A DNA stretch of 64,000 nt, from positions 34,994,103 to 35,058,102 of the forward strand of contig CM074519.1 in assembly GCA_037379345.1 (NCBI GenBank). Reading direction: 5' to 3'. Positions 24,500 to 38,070 of this stretch are shown here, in pieces. The translations under genes and the position numbers were made by a program. Every line of letters begins with the position of its first letter. The stretch's first letter is position 1. The notes below the pieces were generated by a model. That model was given only the letters and a program-made list of their open reading frames with translations, did no database searches and was not told the DNA's origin. The stretch is from Perna viridis (taxonomy: Eukaryota).

Positions 24500-25450
24500 T
24501 TGAACTGATGCTTGGGTAGTCAAAAGAAAGTCCGTATAACAAATGGCATTATCAAGGTAAGAAACCATCGCAATGACTTGGTGCAGTCATTTACAAAATG
24601 GAAGGTGTTTTACACCAGGTTTTAAACGTGTCGTTTGTCAGATATTGTGTTGTACTGAGATGTCTACTAGATGAGGTCAAGTTCGAGATGAACGTCTAAA
24701 ATTACGAAAGGGAAAGCTGTGTCAGTGGTCCCTTTCATTTCTTGTTCTGATGGATAAATAAACGGAAGCCATTCTTTAAATTCAGGATTATTGATGGAGT
24801 GAACAATGTCAATATATCAATACGTGAAATTACAGAGTTTGGCCTATTTAACCTTTTTGTCATTCACAAGTTTTTTAAGGAACTCTGTTTCGTTAGATTA
24901 AGAAACATGTTGGCTTTAGGAGAGGGGCACAATTCGTACCCATTGGAGTGCCGATACTGTCTTGAAAAATTGTCCACCAAAAACAACAAATATGTTGTCG
25001 AGGAAACTCTATCAAACTGATAATCTATTGATCAATGTACCAGCTTTTGTCTTTTTGTTTTGTACTTGTAAAATATGTAGAACTACAACTTCACTAGAAT
25101 AAGCATGCAGTTGAATGCTTCCTGGATGCTTTCTTCAAGTCGAGTTTTCAAGTGATCGTAGGGTGAGGTTGTATTTACTGTTGAAAAGTCAAAAGTTTTA
25201 ATAGTGTTAACTTCTGTGAAGGAGCGAGATTTAAAAATATCTGACAGATCTTCCGAGTACATCCACAAATGATCAATACCACTACGCGAGTAAACAGTTT
25301 CACAATAATTTTGTTATCCTTCTTGGCGAACAAAATCTGCCATAGGCAGCTCTTTGTTGAACAAGTAGATGATATTGCTATAATGCTATGCACCTTTGCT
25401 TGTATGTATTTTATATACGTGTAGTTTTAGGGTCCAATACAAAATAATTA
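24500..25450 (-). mobile_element. Degenerate Penelope-like element RT fragment
   Basis: ORF 25083-25268 reads TIKTFDFSTVNTTSPYDHLKTRL, a paralogue of the 20821-21357 protein. A YID-like RT motif lies near 24805-24830. Confidence 0.85.
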
Positions 25451-25927
25451 AAAGTAGGTTTTAAAACTTCTTATTTGAAGGAATATTTAACGAGACCATA
25501 AAAAACTTGAGGTGGTTGTGTTCGTTCTGCCTATTGCAAGTAGGTACAATATTTCGGTAAGCGTCAATTTCGCTTGGTTGACAGTTCGGTAAATGTAAAA
25601 TCTAATTGAAGATATTTCAATCAAAATGTGATGACGATCATAAAAATACTGTATTTGGGATATCAACAAATGCTGTCCCTGTCTTAGAAGCTAATCAGAA
25701 AGTATCCACGCTCTATTAAGAAAGTCTATGTAAAAGTCACACCACTCTTATCGAGCAACTAATGTAGACTCAGCTGGAGGTGCATATATATTGGAGCAAA
25801 GAAAGTGAACGGTTATAATTCGAATTAAAGGGTAATAATAAAATTATCGAACTGATAGGCAAACAAGATGGTGAAAATTAAACCAGGAAGTTCCGCCGCT
25901 TCCGCAAAAGTCCTGACTTGTTTTATT

Positions 25928-25995
25928 AATTGATTGATTGTGGTTAAACGTCCTATAGCCTATATTTCGCGTATTTCAGGACACGAGAACGATTG
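25928..25995. repeat. Probable SINE-like end fragment with a (TGAT)n tail
   Basis: TTGATTGATTGTGGTTAAACGTCC...TATTTC...TTCAGGACACGAGAAC resembles a common mollusc dispersed-repeat end (recalled, not verified). Confidence 0.35.
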
Positions 25996-26084
25996 ACCAA
26001 TCGAACAGACCCGACTTAGAGAGAGTTAGTTCGATACGCTGAGTCGGAGATCACTGAATTCGAAGGAACCTCCCGCTTCCTTCG

Positions 26085-26615
26085 ATGGTCTGGCACATTG
26101 TGGTACAATTTAAAATCTTTTCACTTTTGCTTAAATTATTGTCCAGAAAAAAAACTTACCTTTTACCCCTAATTATTTAATGGTTCAAGTCGTTATTATG
26201 GGCTTCAAAATTAATTCCAGCCATTTTTTGGCAGTTTCGGCACCTACTGGTACATTTTCTTTTTGTTTGCTCCGGTTTAACGTCCGAGCAGCAATATTTC
26301 AGCTATATTCATTTTCAAAGATATCTATAAACTTTACTCACTTTTCTATCAGGACATCAGGAAAATCTTTCTTTCTCATCCCTATTCCAAAATGGGTAAA
26401 GTAACAACCCCACATCTTAATTTGTGGTATGGCGCTGTTGTAAAATTTCAAAAACTTCTATTCTCTTTCCCTTAGAATAAGAACTTGCTTGTGGGAGGGG
26501 TGGTAGCCTAAATTAAGTGGTAAATGTCATTTATTCTCGTCATTATCCTCACATCAAATGTCCGGACAACGACAACAACAGTATGATGCCATTATATCAC
26601 CTCAAATATTTATAA
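26085..26615 (+). repeat. Helentron/HINE-like non-autonomous element with degenerate ~160-bp internal tandem units
   Basis: Recurring TTGTGGTA..AATTTCA, TTATTGTCCAGAAA and CCCCTAATT motifs, ending in a GACAAC-type microsatellite. Same family as 36120-37500. Confidence 0.55.
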
Positions 26616-27189
26616 ATGGTACACTGTAGTACGTAGTAAGTTGGGAATTTGTAATATATTACTTGATATCTGTTATAAGACAGAACCATCTCACCATTGC
26701 TTGGGCTTGGATAAGTTGTATCTATTCAAAGCTTTATTATGATATTTTCGATTTGTACCTTTGTATAAGAAGATCCCATACCTCTTTTCCCTGACAGAAA
26801 AATGGTAAAAATATTATTCGATTTTTACCAAAAGCAGGTACTTTGTATTGAACACTTTACTTGAACACCTGTCTAAATCACAAGATCACTCTAGGATCAT
26901 TGTAAAAGATATTCAAGGACCTACAAAGAGTGTATAACTTTACATGTCTATCCTCACTTAATACATAACCCCACCATTTTTATGCAAATAAGTACAGTAT
27001 AATAGAAATAACTGTTTGTAGTGAGTATTGCTAAAGCCTAGTAATAATTTTTATGCCAGAGCCTCAATGCCAGCGGATTGATACATACCAAAACCAAGAA
27101 GCGGCTTTAAGTGAAACATTTCTAGGTATGAAAATGGTCAGGCAATTGTTTGATACAGTAAAACAGAAGTAATATGAGTTTTCAGTACT

Positions 27190-29893
27190 TTTTTATTTCT
27201 ATTTTAAATAGAAACATTTATTGTGACCTATGTCATTGACACATTTCACACAATTTATCATAATATTATATTGCATCAAAAATCTTTGGATTTTTTATAC
27301 AAAAAAAAAAACAATTCATGTCATACATTCTATATCATATAATGAATATATATATATATATATATATCTCACGATTCTATCAAAAATTTAAAAAAGAACA
27401 ATATCTAGATGCATTTGATAAAAATCCATTGATAATTTAAAAATTCTAATACATGGAAACAGTTTAAAAATCGACATTAAAACAAGTAAGAAGATAGACA
27501 ATAAGTGTTGTTAGTAAATATTGGAATTGATAAAAACCTAATAAAGTGCAGCAAAGATGATTTTGAAGTTACAATATGTTACTATACAAAGATTTAAAAT
27601 AGAACATTTGTTGAGTGTAATTGGCAGCAAGGTTTCATTCACTCAGCCCTTAGAGGAAAGTAAATTACTCACTTTTCAAAACTTTCTGGCCGAAACAGTC
27701 CCTTCTTTACATAATGTTTGCAATAAACTTTATGATAAACTAACTTTTTACCCTTAACCATAGCTCCTCATCATTACTCAAATTAAAAACTTTGTTTCAA
27801 CAAAAACCGAAACTCTGCCTATATTTCAAAGCACACAAAATCTGGATAAATGTTTTCAAAGAAAGAAAGAATATAGGAACAAAAACACCTTAAGATATAC
27901 ATGATATTGCCTCTCTTGCTATGTAGATTTAAAAAAAAAAAGAAACAGTTTTACAATGATGCTACATGTATAACAACGTGAGATAAGAAGCAATATACCA
28001 TGACAAAAGGCAAAGGATATGTAAAATGTTTCTATGGACGATCTTCACATTTGTTCAAACACAATCGGCACTTCGATACATTTCTTATATTTGATTTCAA
28101 TTCAAAATGCAATTTACAATTCAATAGTTAAAAGATTTGAAAAAATCATTATCACTACTAAATACAGTTTATAGAGATTTTGCTATCAGCAAGTAGAATA
28201 TCTATTCTTCATCTCCATTTTTTTTTTATCTCATGATAAAATACTTGATACTTTATTTCAAATGACAATATGAGTATCGAAAGAAACTTGACATTGCTGA
28301 ACAAGAGAACAAAGCAATTTTTGAAAGACTAAATTCAACATCAGCCTCACACTACCAGAAATAATGCCAGTATGCCTACTTAGATTTCAAAGCTGACATA
28401 ATTCAGTGTTTATTGACTGAGTTTTGATTAGCACTGACTGAGATGATTAATAAATAATAAATTTTGTTACATATGTTTTATGTTAGATTATGACAACATA
28501 CAATAACCTCAGGCTTTGCCTCAAACAAATACACACTTTTTACATAACAACAACCCATTCAAAGTTTTTTGCAATGAAGTGATTTTGTCTGCGATAAAAT
28601 GGCAACAATTGTCTTTTAGTACATTTTTAGAATAAGCGATTTTAAGAGTTTTTCATTTACAAAAATACCATGATATCTAGTGAATATATAAATGATAAAA
28701 ATTGACACCAATAGTACAATGGAAAATAAATAATAAATATACATGTATTTGGAATGAGAGAGACCACTGTACCTAATATTGCATGATAGCTTCCCAAGTC
28801 ACATGACTAACTTTACTAAATGAATTACATCAAGTTGAGGAACAAAAACAGTTAAACAATAATGTTTTACATGCTTGTCAGTCAAAATGAAGGACTTTTC
28901 ATTTTTAATTTCAATTCCTTGTTATTTTTACAGTTGCATTAAGTATACCAGTCTGTCAAGCACTTTTTGGCTTTAAAAAAGTTGGAAATCAGCAGAGTTT
29001 GAGTGCAAAAATTAGGAAATTATCAAGATTTTTTATGCTTTCACAACTTGAAAACAGTTGGTTTTCTCCACTCTTAATAAAGAATTTTAATTACATTTTT
29101 TACAGCTGACCTAGTACTTGTATATGTCTAAACAATAAAGTACTCACTTTGGCAACAAGTTTTTATAACCCATTATGTGAATTAAATACTAGCGTATAAG
29201 TTCAAATTTTCCAAGGTAATATTCTTACTACTGTACTTAGAAAAGTCCAAATATGTACTAAAATTTAGTTTGGTAAAAACTGATTTAGCATTGCACTCAA
29301 ATAGTTGTTTAATGCATAAAAAAGCCCTATAAAAACACCATCATAGCTTCTGAATACCAGTCGTAATATGAAGTTACAACATAGATAAACTGGTCTTTAG
29401 ATTACTCCATATTTATTTGATGACACTGACCTTTATTAGTTCTTTGATCAGAAACATTTTATTCAATAATAAAAATAAAAATCTGCTATCAGAGGAGTTG
29501 AATATACTATAAAAACAAGAGTGAAACATTAAAATCCTGAGTGAAAAATATGATCTTAATTTCAAAAACGAAAGGCAAATTCTATTTGATTTAACAGGGT
29601 TCATTTTATGCTTACAGATGACACTAATGACTAGATTTTATTGAAGCAATGCCTAAGAACCATAAAATTTTTATTTTTAACCTTATCATCCAAAACAAAA
29701 GATTTTAATTGAAATGAAAAATGAATCTTGAATTATACTAAAGTCATATGAAACTTTACAAGAATGTGGGACTGCTTGAAATGTTGACTGTAACTATAAA
29801 TAGCTGCCAATGAGATCACTTTATTCTTGCTTTAGAAGCACTGATTAGATTAAAAAAAAACAACAAAACATTATATTCAAAGAAAGATAACTC
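27190..29893 (-). other. Probable long (~2.7 kb) 3' UTR of the AUTS2-like gene
   Basis: AU-rich, with no recognisable dispersed repeats downstream of the stop. Minus-strand AATAAA at 27222-27217 and 27197-27192. The end point is inferred. Confidence 0.4.
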
Positions 29894-30764
29894 TTATCTA
29901 CTATGAATACTAGGATCATTTGAATTGGAATAACCCTCCCTTTTGTCACTGGTTTCTGTTGCACTAGGTTTTGTTCGCCCTATGTTAGGTGACTGTGTCC
30001 GTGACTGAGTAGCACTAGAGGAAGGAATTAATGGAGGGGGATATCCTGCTGGAGATCCTCCTTTGGCATGCCCTATCATAGGGCTTATTGTTCTTGGAAA
30101 GTGAGAGGAGAGCGGGTCTGGAGTTCGGAAATGTGGGTATCGACTCTGCTCCAGAGCTAGTCTTTGAGGATCATAAAGTCTTTCTAACAAGTCTCTTCGA
30201 GCTCTTTCATCCTGGAACAATAATTCCTCTTTCCGTAACTGATCTGTTGGGTCAAACAATGCTGGATGTTGCATACGACTTAACATGCGTTCTCTCTCTC
30301 TCTCCATATCCTGTTGCATTTGCAGTCTATGCTGTCCTAAGTTCACTTCTAATGGACTTTTATCATACTGACTTAACAATGCAGGATGTGGAGGAACCCT
30401 ATCTCCCAATAAGTATGGTGATGGGCCAAAAAATCTGGCACGGTCCAATACATTCATATTTAATGGATTTGTAGCTGGGCCACGCCCAAGTAAATAATCT
30501 GTCCGTAGTTGTTTATCTCGTTCAGCCTGAAGAATTAATTCATCTTCCCTTCTTTCTTGTTTTATTTTGAGTCCTCCTTTATCATCAAATCTTCTCTCAT
30601 AACTACTGTCAGACTTAGCAGACCCAACACGGCCATTTTGTAATGGTGACCTTGACCTTGAACGTGATCTAGACATGTGGGAATCTTTCATATAAGCTAA
30701 GTCTCGTTCTCTACTTCTGTCATCCAAGCTAACCCTTCTCTCATGTTCACCATTTCGTCTTTCC
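29894..30764 (-). CDS. AUTS2: AUTS2/FBRSL1/tay-family protein, terminal exon
   Basis: Acceptor TTACAG ends at 30765, phase 2. The exon reads ERRNGEHERRVSLDDRSRERD...SRSRSRSRSP...IKQERRE... to TAA at 29894. Confidence 0.9.
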
Positions 30765-31982
30765 CTGTAATAAATACAGAGAGATTACTCAGGTCGTAAG
30801 GAATAAAGCAAAGGAAATGTAATAATTTATTTTGTCCATAATACAAGAAAATAATTTTTTTATAAGTGATATATACATTGCATGTTTCCCTATACCAATT
30901 AAGCATGGTGCTGCACCATGCCTGGATTTCCAGCTCCATGCTACCTTGATCATGAATTTTACTATGTGCCCCAAGAAAATCACACCCAACTTTCAAATTG
31001 GAAGATTAATTTAATTATTTTTAACTAATTAGCATGTTAACGTGTACTCCTGTTGTGTTAACACCCATTCATGATACTTTTACACTAGGGTGAAGGATGC
31101 TTCATACTGATTTCAGTAAGTACATTGTCCTTGTGTCAAGGTGGGGTGCCCCTAACATAACAGTCTGTGACGAACAGTGTACATGAAATATGTACACAAA
31201 TAAATATAAATTTGACTCTCACCAAATAATAAATCAAGTGGGCATCAATGAAATGTGCCTTACTAAAAGAAGTTAACAAATAAAAAAAGATGTGTTAGGA
31301 GGGTAATACAAATTGTTTTCAAACACTAATTCTAGACGAGTATAATTTACTCATCACCCATTAAATATTCATATGACTCAAAGGTCAGAAACACATACAG
31401 GTACATACATGAATAATTTGACCTTTAAATTCATTATTACTTGTTTTATAAATATAAAACTACCCCATTAACATATCATTAAACAGGGAATTTCAGACAT
31501 AAATAGATCAGTTTATAAGTTTTGTCACCTACAAAGTATCTTAACACTTGAGGTAGCAAAAACTTATTCAATATAATTTTGATAACTATAAGTATTTTGG
31601 TATTTCGACTGCATTTCTTGATAGATTATTCTATTATGAGATAAAACAAAACCTAACTGTGTGCAGCTGTTGTTACAATAATACTGGCCTGGCTAGAATG
31701 GCTTCTGTGGGAGAACTCTATGAAATATTGTACACTAGACAACTGTGTAGTCAGTATTATATTCCAGCTTCTTTGTAGTGTATTTCTCATTACTTCACCA
31801 CACTTTTATATCCCTATTTTATCATGATGATACATGTAATCATAGTCCAGCAATGGGGAATGACATCAGTTATGACTTTCAACTTTTAACTCCATAAAAT
31901 ATAAATGTACACACTGATGTTGTTTTAAATGGTAAAATAAGTGAAATCATCAATTATTTCTTTTCTGTTCACTATAGCTCAC

Positions 31983-32286
31983 CTGTCCCTCTCTTCTTCC
32001 CGTCTTCTATCCAAAGCAAGAACACCAGGTTCAGGACCTCTGTCACCTCTTTCAGCCCTGTCACTTTCCCCTTCCTCCCTCTTCCCCCATGGTGCAGTAT
32101 GAGCAGCAGGGGCTGCTGGGAAGGTGGGTGGGGTTCGATGTAACCTGTTCCACTCATGTGGAGAGGTCAGACCAGGAACTGCTGGCATGTCCCTGCCACT
32201 AAATGCCCCCGAGGCTGATCCCAGCCCTCCAAATCCCAAAGGGTTTGTCATGGAAAATGGCGAAGGCTTAGGGAAAGGGGAAGTTC
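31983..32286 (-). CDS. AUTS2: AUTS2-family exon
   Basis: AG and GTGAG boundaries, phase 1 to 2. Contains FGGLGS...AF and HEWNRLHRTPPTFP, matching the AUTS2 family motif WNRLHRTPPSFP. Confidence 0.93.
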
Positions 32287-32590
32287 CTGAAAGAAAAGAA
32301 AACACAGTTAATTATTGTGGAAAGAATATTTTTGTAATTGGTGTAATTTTATTTCTGCTGTTTCTATTTTTTTATATTTACAGTCTCTAGTGGTACTTGG
32401 GATTTCATCTTTAATCTTGGTCTACCCAAGTTAAATCAATATTATATAGTTTTTGATTTTAGTTTTTGCAGTTTTTTTTTGGTAACCACAAAAATTCAAG
32501 AGAACTAGATTACCACAAAAATGTACATTTATATGGTATATTGGCATCCTCCCAAAAATAGCTGCCACAATACTTGTTTTCTGGTGTCTA

Positions 32591-32925
32591 CAAAGGCAAA
32601 TATGCCACACATGAGAATCATATAGTTTGCATCATATGATTATCATATAAATCGAGCACCATATGATAATCATATGTTTTGGTATACATATGATTATCGC
32701 ATGGTTATCATATGATAATCATATGTTTTTTCACAAACATGATTATCATATGTTTTTAAGCCAAAATTACCATATGAGAATCATATGATAATCATATGAC
32801 TATCATATGTTCAATATTATATGACTATCATATGTTAGATATCATATGACTGTCATATGATTACCATATGATTATCATATGAATCGAGCACCTTATGATA
32901 ATCATATGTGGCACATTTGGCTGTG
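32591..32925. mobile_element. TA-flanked MITE filled with 11-bp CATATG-based palindromic units
   Basis: Left end TA|CAAAGGCAAATATGCCACACATGAGAATCATA pairs with right end TATGATAATCATATGTGGCACATTTGGCTGTG|TA (imperfect TIR). The interior is (CATATGATWAT)n. Confidence 0.85.
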
Positions 32926-33055
32926 TAACAGGAGGAAATGGAAGGGGTTTATTTACAACTGATTTGATATTATTCTTCCAATTTTTGAAATATTTTACAA
33001 CAGGAAATTTAATTGCTAGGTTTCTTTAAGGAAGGTGTCTGATTATGGGACTTAC

Positions 33056-33124
33056 CTGAATGCATGGGGTTTAGAAAGCTACTATGAACAGGACTTGGCT
33101 CCAAGCTACTTCGACTGTGGGAAG
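33056..33124 (-). CDS. AUTS2: AUTS2-family exon (69 nt)
   Basis: TAG acceptor and CAG|GTAAGT donor, phase 1-1. Reads ASHSRSSLEPSPVHSSFLNPMHS. Confidence 0.85.
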
Positions 33125-33448
33125 CTAAAATAAGGAAGATAAAAATCATTACTTTACCTTGACACAATTTTTATACTTTAAAATAAAAAGGCCTGCAAAC
33201 TCTAGGATATCAATAAGCGCTCTTACTAAAGTCAAAAATCTTAAAATATTTCAACATTCTACAATTTTTTTTTATTTTATATTTTTTTTTATATAAATGA
33301 TTCTTTTTAATAGAGATTATAAACATCTTACATTAATTGATAATATTCTCAAACTGTCCAATTTAAGTTGTTTTATTCATACTAAATATGTATGATATTC
33401 ATCTGAATGTAAAATCCTACTGATTACCTCCTCTTTGACCATAATTTA

Positions 33449-33673
<225 letters not shown>

Positions 33674-35185
33674 TTATTTATTGTTAATTTTGAAATCACT
33701 GCATGCGTTCAATATTGCAAAATTAATAATTTAAAGTGTAACATTAAGTTAATTCTTATGATATCAATGGAAATACTCAGATTCAGTAATGATAGAAATT
33801 CCCAAGAGGCTGTGTAATTACTGTCATTAATACCATGTTTATTATCACAATAAAAAAACATTGTAGTTATTACAGCACTAAATCAAATTGAGTAGACAAA
33901 ATATTTTTAAAAAATGGTAGGCAATCTAACAAGAGTAAAAAATATTGATATATAAAACAATTCTGTCTGTAGTAATTGACAAAAGGTCATGACCTTTGCA
34001 TGTTATAAAGGCATACTGGGGCGTTCTGTAAAAAGAACAAACATTTTGAGATTTTCACACTTTATTTGCAATTTAAAAAAAAATATTGATAGTTTTTGTT
34101 AAATATGAAAATATAATCTAAAAACATTGAATCCATTAAAACTATTGTAAATCTGGAGTCCTTATTGGGAATATTTTTATGAAAAAAGAAGACCCTGCAA
34201 CAATTAAAAAAAATGTCTTAAAGTCAAGAAAATATATTCTTATAGGAGAAGGAACTGAGCCTAAAGCCACCCTGTCCTAATCATCATGCTTATTTCATAA
34301 AGCCTTGGAGGTTAAAATTAATGAACTGTAAATCTGAAGGTAACTTAGGTAATAGGGTAACAGATAATTAAATAAAATTCTGTTCTAATTGAGAGTATAT
34401 TAAGATCATTTGATGCAGGTTACAGAGGGGTTCCATCTTTGGGTTTATCAAAATCAACTCGTACAGCATCAGTAACATTTAGTAGTTATATAGTAGTCAT
34501 TTTCAGTATTTTTGCTCAAGACCACAGACTTTGTTTTGACACAAATTTTGAAAAATCTAGTGAAATTTGATTACCATATAAACAACATTGTAGTTACAGC
34601 AATACTAAGTAGACATAGAGATAAATGTAAAACAAAACAAAAATGACAAGACAAGATGTACAGATATATATACACTACGATGATGTGATTATGTATGACT
34701 GTCAGTTCAGAATATCTTACATAATTGTCATCTCAGGATGAAAAAAGTATTAAAAGGTAAAACTGGGAATCTTTTTGTATTCATTTTCTCAACAGGCTCA
34801 TTTGATTTTTCTGCAAGAGGGTTGCAATACCTTCATTCAAAAATCTGGTTAAAACTATTCAAATTTTTACATACACCGTTAGTACTTACCTGGCGGAAGT
34901 ACCAACTGAGTATGCTCAAAAATTTGCATGAATTAGTCTTAAATCAGTTATAAATACGTTATTTCAACTGTAAGATTTTCTTTAAATATTTTTTTGGAAA
35001 TAATACTAATTCAGATTTTCATGATTAGTCAACAAGGCATGTTGTTGAAGTGAAAAAATACAGAACACTTCTGGTCTATAGTTAAAGAGTTCATTTATAT
35101 AACAACTGAACAACGATAAATTTTAAATTCTGAAATGACAGTATGAATGAAAGTGCTAAGACAGGTGTATGAAAAAGACACTAAC

Positions 35186-35278
35186 TTTCTGTTGGGGCAA
35201 TGTAGTGGCTGGTGGGAGCTTATCTCTATCTCGTAGGGGGTGCAGCATCTGTGTGGGGTGTAGCCCGGCTGTGACCCT
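35186..35278 (-). CDS. AUTS2: AUTS2-family exon (93 nt)
   Basis: TTGCAG acceptor and GTTAGT donor, phase 0-0. Reads RVTAGLHPTQMLHPLRDRDKLPPATTLPQQK in a GC-rich island. Confidence 0.8.
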
Positions 35279-36119
35279 CTGCAATCACATCATACACAAA
35301 ATGAAGCATACAAAAACAGCCAATCAAAATATCAAAGTTTAAAATATTAGTTCTGAAAAGTTACTGTTAGTAATTAGTATTAAACACAAAAAAATGCCTG
35401 AAGTATTTTCAGCAGCAGTAAATCATTAGATACAGATGCAGAGCTTCATGTTCAATATTCAATTATGTAGGCATCTAAATAAATCAAAGATGGGAAAAAT
35501 TGCAAGGATTTCTCTTTCAAATTAATGCACCTTTTACATGAACATTAAATAAATGAGAAAATTGATCAGGATTAATATATAACACTTTTGTGAAGCTGAT
35601 TTTGAGTTCTAATGCACTCATCAAATATATTTAGACATTCTTAATTTGTGCACTAAATTTGTAATCAAAACCTGGATAACTCTTACCATGAGATTATAAT
35701 GAGAAAACATGAGTTACAAAACAAAACAATCTCTGCCTGAGATTTTACTGGAGGTGTATTATGACTTATAACATATACCATCAATCATAAAAACATTCAA
35801 AATACGTCCATGCTCTATTTTGTTCCAAAATCTAAAAGATATGGTATGAATGATGAACAAAAAAAAGGGAAAAAATGATGGATATGAAAGTACTTGAATG
35901 AATATGATATGAAACTACTCACATCTCATCCTAGTAAGTGTGAAAATGATTTTTTCTAACACCAGTACACATGTGCAACTGTTTTTGTTTTTACATTTGT
36001 AACACAGAAGAGTTATTTTTCAATTAACACAGATATTTTGTATAATAGGGTCAATAGTTTTTATAAAAAATTTCTTTAAACAAAAAAATATCCATTCACT
36101 AAATTCTGAATGAGAAAAT

Positions 36120-37500
36120 CACTTTTTGACCAATTTTTCCTACATGGTTCCATGCAAAAACCTTCAAAACCAATCCAACCCAGCTTCCTTTGAGGGTATG
36201 GCACCTAATGGTACAATTTCAAAATAATCCATTTCTTTTTACTCAAGTTATTGTCCAAAATTCAGAAAAAAATTGTGTTTGGTCCCTGTGTGGCCCTTTA
36301 TTTTTGCTTGACTTAAGTCACAATCTCAAAAATCAATCCCAGTCTTCATTTTGTAGTCTGGCACCTTGTAGTAAAGATTATATGAGATCCATTCATTTTA
36401 TTCAAATTATTGTCCAAAAATAAGAAAGATACTTGTTTCAAGTCCCTTGCAGGCCCTTTATTCCACAAAAGTTCAAGTCTTAACCTAAAAAATCAATCCA
36501 CCTTCCTTTGGAAGTACGGCACTTTGTGATACAATTTCAGAGATCTATACTTATAGTCAAGTTATTGTCCCGAAAATACCTGTTTTGGTCCCCTTTGTGA
36601 CTTCTGATTTCTAAAATGTTCAAGTGTTTACCCCCAAAATCAATACCAGTCCGACTACTGTGATGTAGATTAGTGTGGAACAATATCCTGGATGTTCCTA
36701 TTCTTTAAATGAAGTTATATAGTTAAATACTATGAAATGCTTGTTTTCAGTCCCTTTTTGTCCCCTAATTCTAAAATAACTGGGGTCTTAACCCCTATAA
36801 TCAATACCAACCTCCTCTTTTGTGGTTTAGAACTATTGTAGTATAAAGTATTGCGGTACAATATCATAGACATTCCTATTCTTTTACTGTTGTTATCAAG
36901 TTAAAATCTATGAAATACTGATTTATGGGCTGTTACCTCCAAAATCAATACCAATCTTTGATATTGTGGTTTAAAACTTTGATATAAAATTTTATAAAGA
37001 TCAACCAACTTATATTCAAGTTATCATACGAAACCTAGTATCTACAGACAACTACAACAACACGAAAGAGATGGGTTCCCAATGTCTCAATATTTATAAA
37101 TGACAAAGTCCATGTTTTGCTATGTGAAACCTCAAAATGAACTTGGATCAATATCAAAAATAAGAGGGGCACAATAAGAATATGTAATTAAGATTGTGTG
37201 AAAGTTTCATTGAATTCCATTAAGCAATATAGGAGGAGTAATGGATAAGAAATGGGTCCCCATGTCCCCATATTTATAAACGTCAAAGTCCTTGTTTTGC
37301 TATGTGAAACCTCCAAATTAATTTGGATCAATATAAAAAATAATGGGTACACAATGGAAATATGTAAGAAAGATTCAGTTAAAGTTTCACTAAATTTCAT
37401 TCAGTGGTGTAGGAGGAGTAACAGATAGCAGATGGTAATGGAAGAAAAGAAGACAGAAGTGACCCTTTCACAATTTACCTTCCACTTGGGGGATTTGAAG
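36120..37500. repeat. Intronic Helentron/HINE-like degenerate tandem repeat array
   Basis: Several ~150-170 bp units share AAAATCAAT(C/A)CCA, TTGTG..ACAAT.TCA and CAAGTTATTGTCC. A second unit type is duplicated at ~37067-37230 and ~37247-37430. Confidence 0.65.
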
Positions 37501-37645
37501 TTGACTATCTATATGAAGCTCTCAGAAGACTTTACCATAAAAGAGGTAGAGTTGCATAATTAAAAAAAAAAAGAGAACAATTATCTTTTAAATTATATCT
37601 AAACACTAAACTAGTAAATAATATGTAATTAAAACATGTATGTAC

Positions 37646-37738
37646 CTTAGGTTGGAATGCTCCAGTTAGTGTGGATGATAGTCCTCCAGTAGGGGGAATC
37701 AAGGGAGATAACCCAGGATATCCTGGTGGCATCCCAAA
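37646..37738 (-). CDS. AUTS2: AUTS2-family exon (93 nt)
   Basis: Reads FGMPPGYPGLSPLIPPTGGLSSTLTGAFQPK, matching the family motif IPPTG...LQGAFQPK. Phase 0-0. Confidence 0.93.
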
Positions 37739-38034
37739 CTGCAAATTAAAACGAAAGATATATAGTAGTAATAATACATCATGGTCCAGTATTTTTATTT
37801 TATTTCTTTCAAGTTTGGATTCATCCATCAAAACTCTTCCATATTTACATATTTTTATACTGTCTTCTTTTGAGTTATGACCTAGGATACCATTGTACCT
37901 GTGGTTACTCACTTACACAAGTGGCATATTCATGTATATAGGTCCTACTTATTGGTTATGTTTAGCGATGTTCCAAATTCCTGTCTTCATGTTTTCAGTA
38001 TCTACAACTTCTATTTTAAATTGTAAGTACTTAC

Positions 38035-38070
38035 ATTTCTATACAATGGGGAGTCTCCAAATTTCGTTAT
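38035..38070 (-). CDS. AUTS2: AUTS2-family 36-nt micro-exon
   Basis: TTTCAG acceptor and GTAAGT donor, phase 0-0. Reads ITKFGDSPLYRN, positionally similar to vertebrate TKVDPFYRH. Confidence 0.75.
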
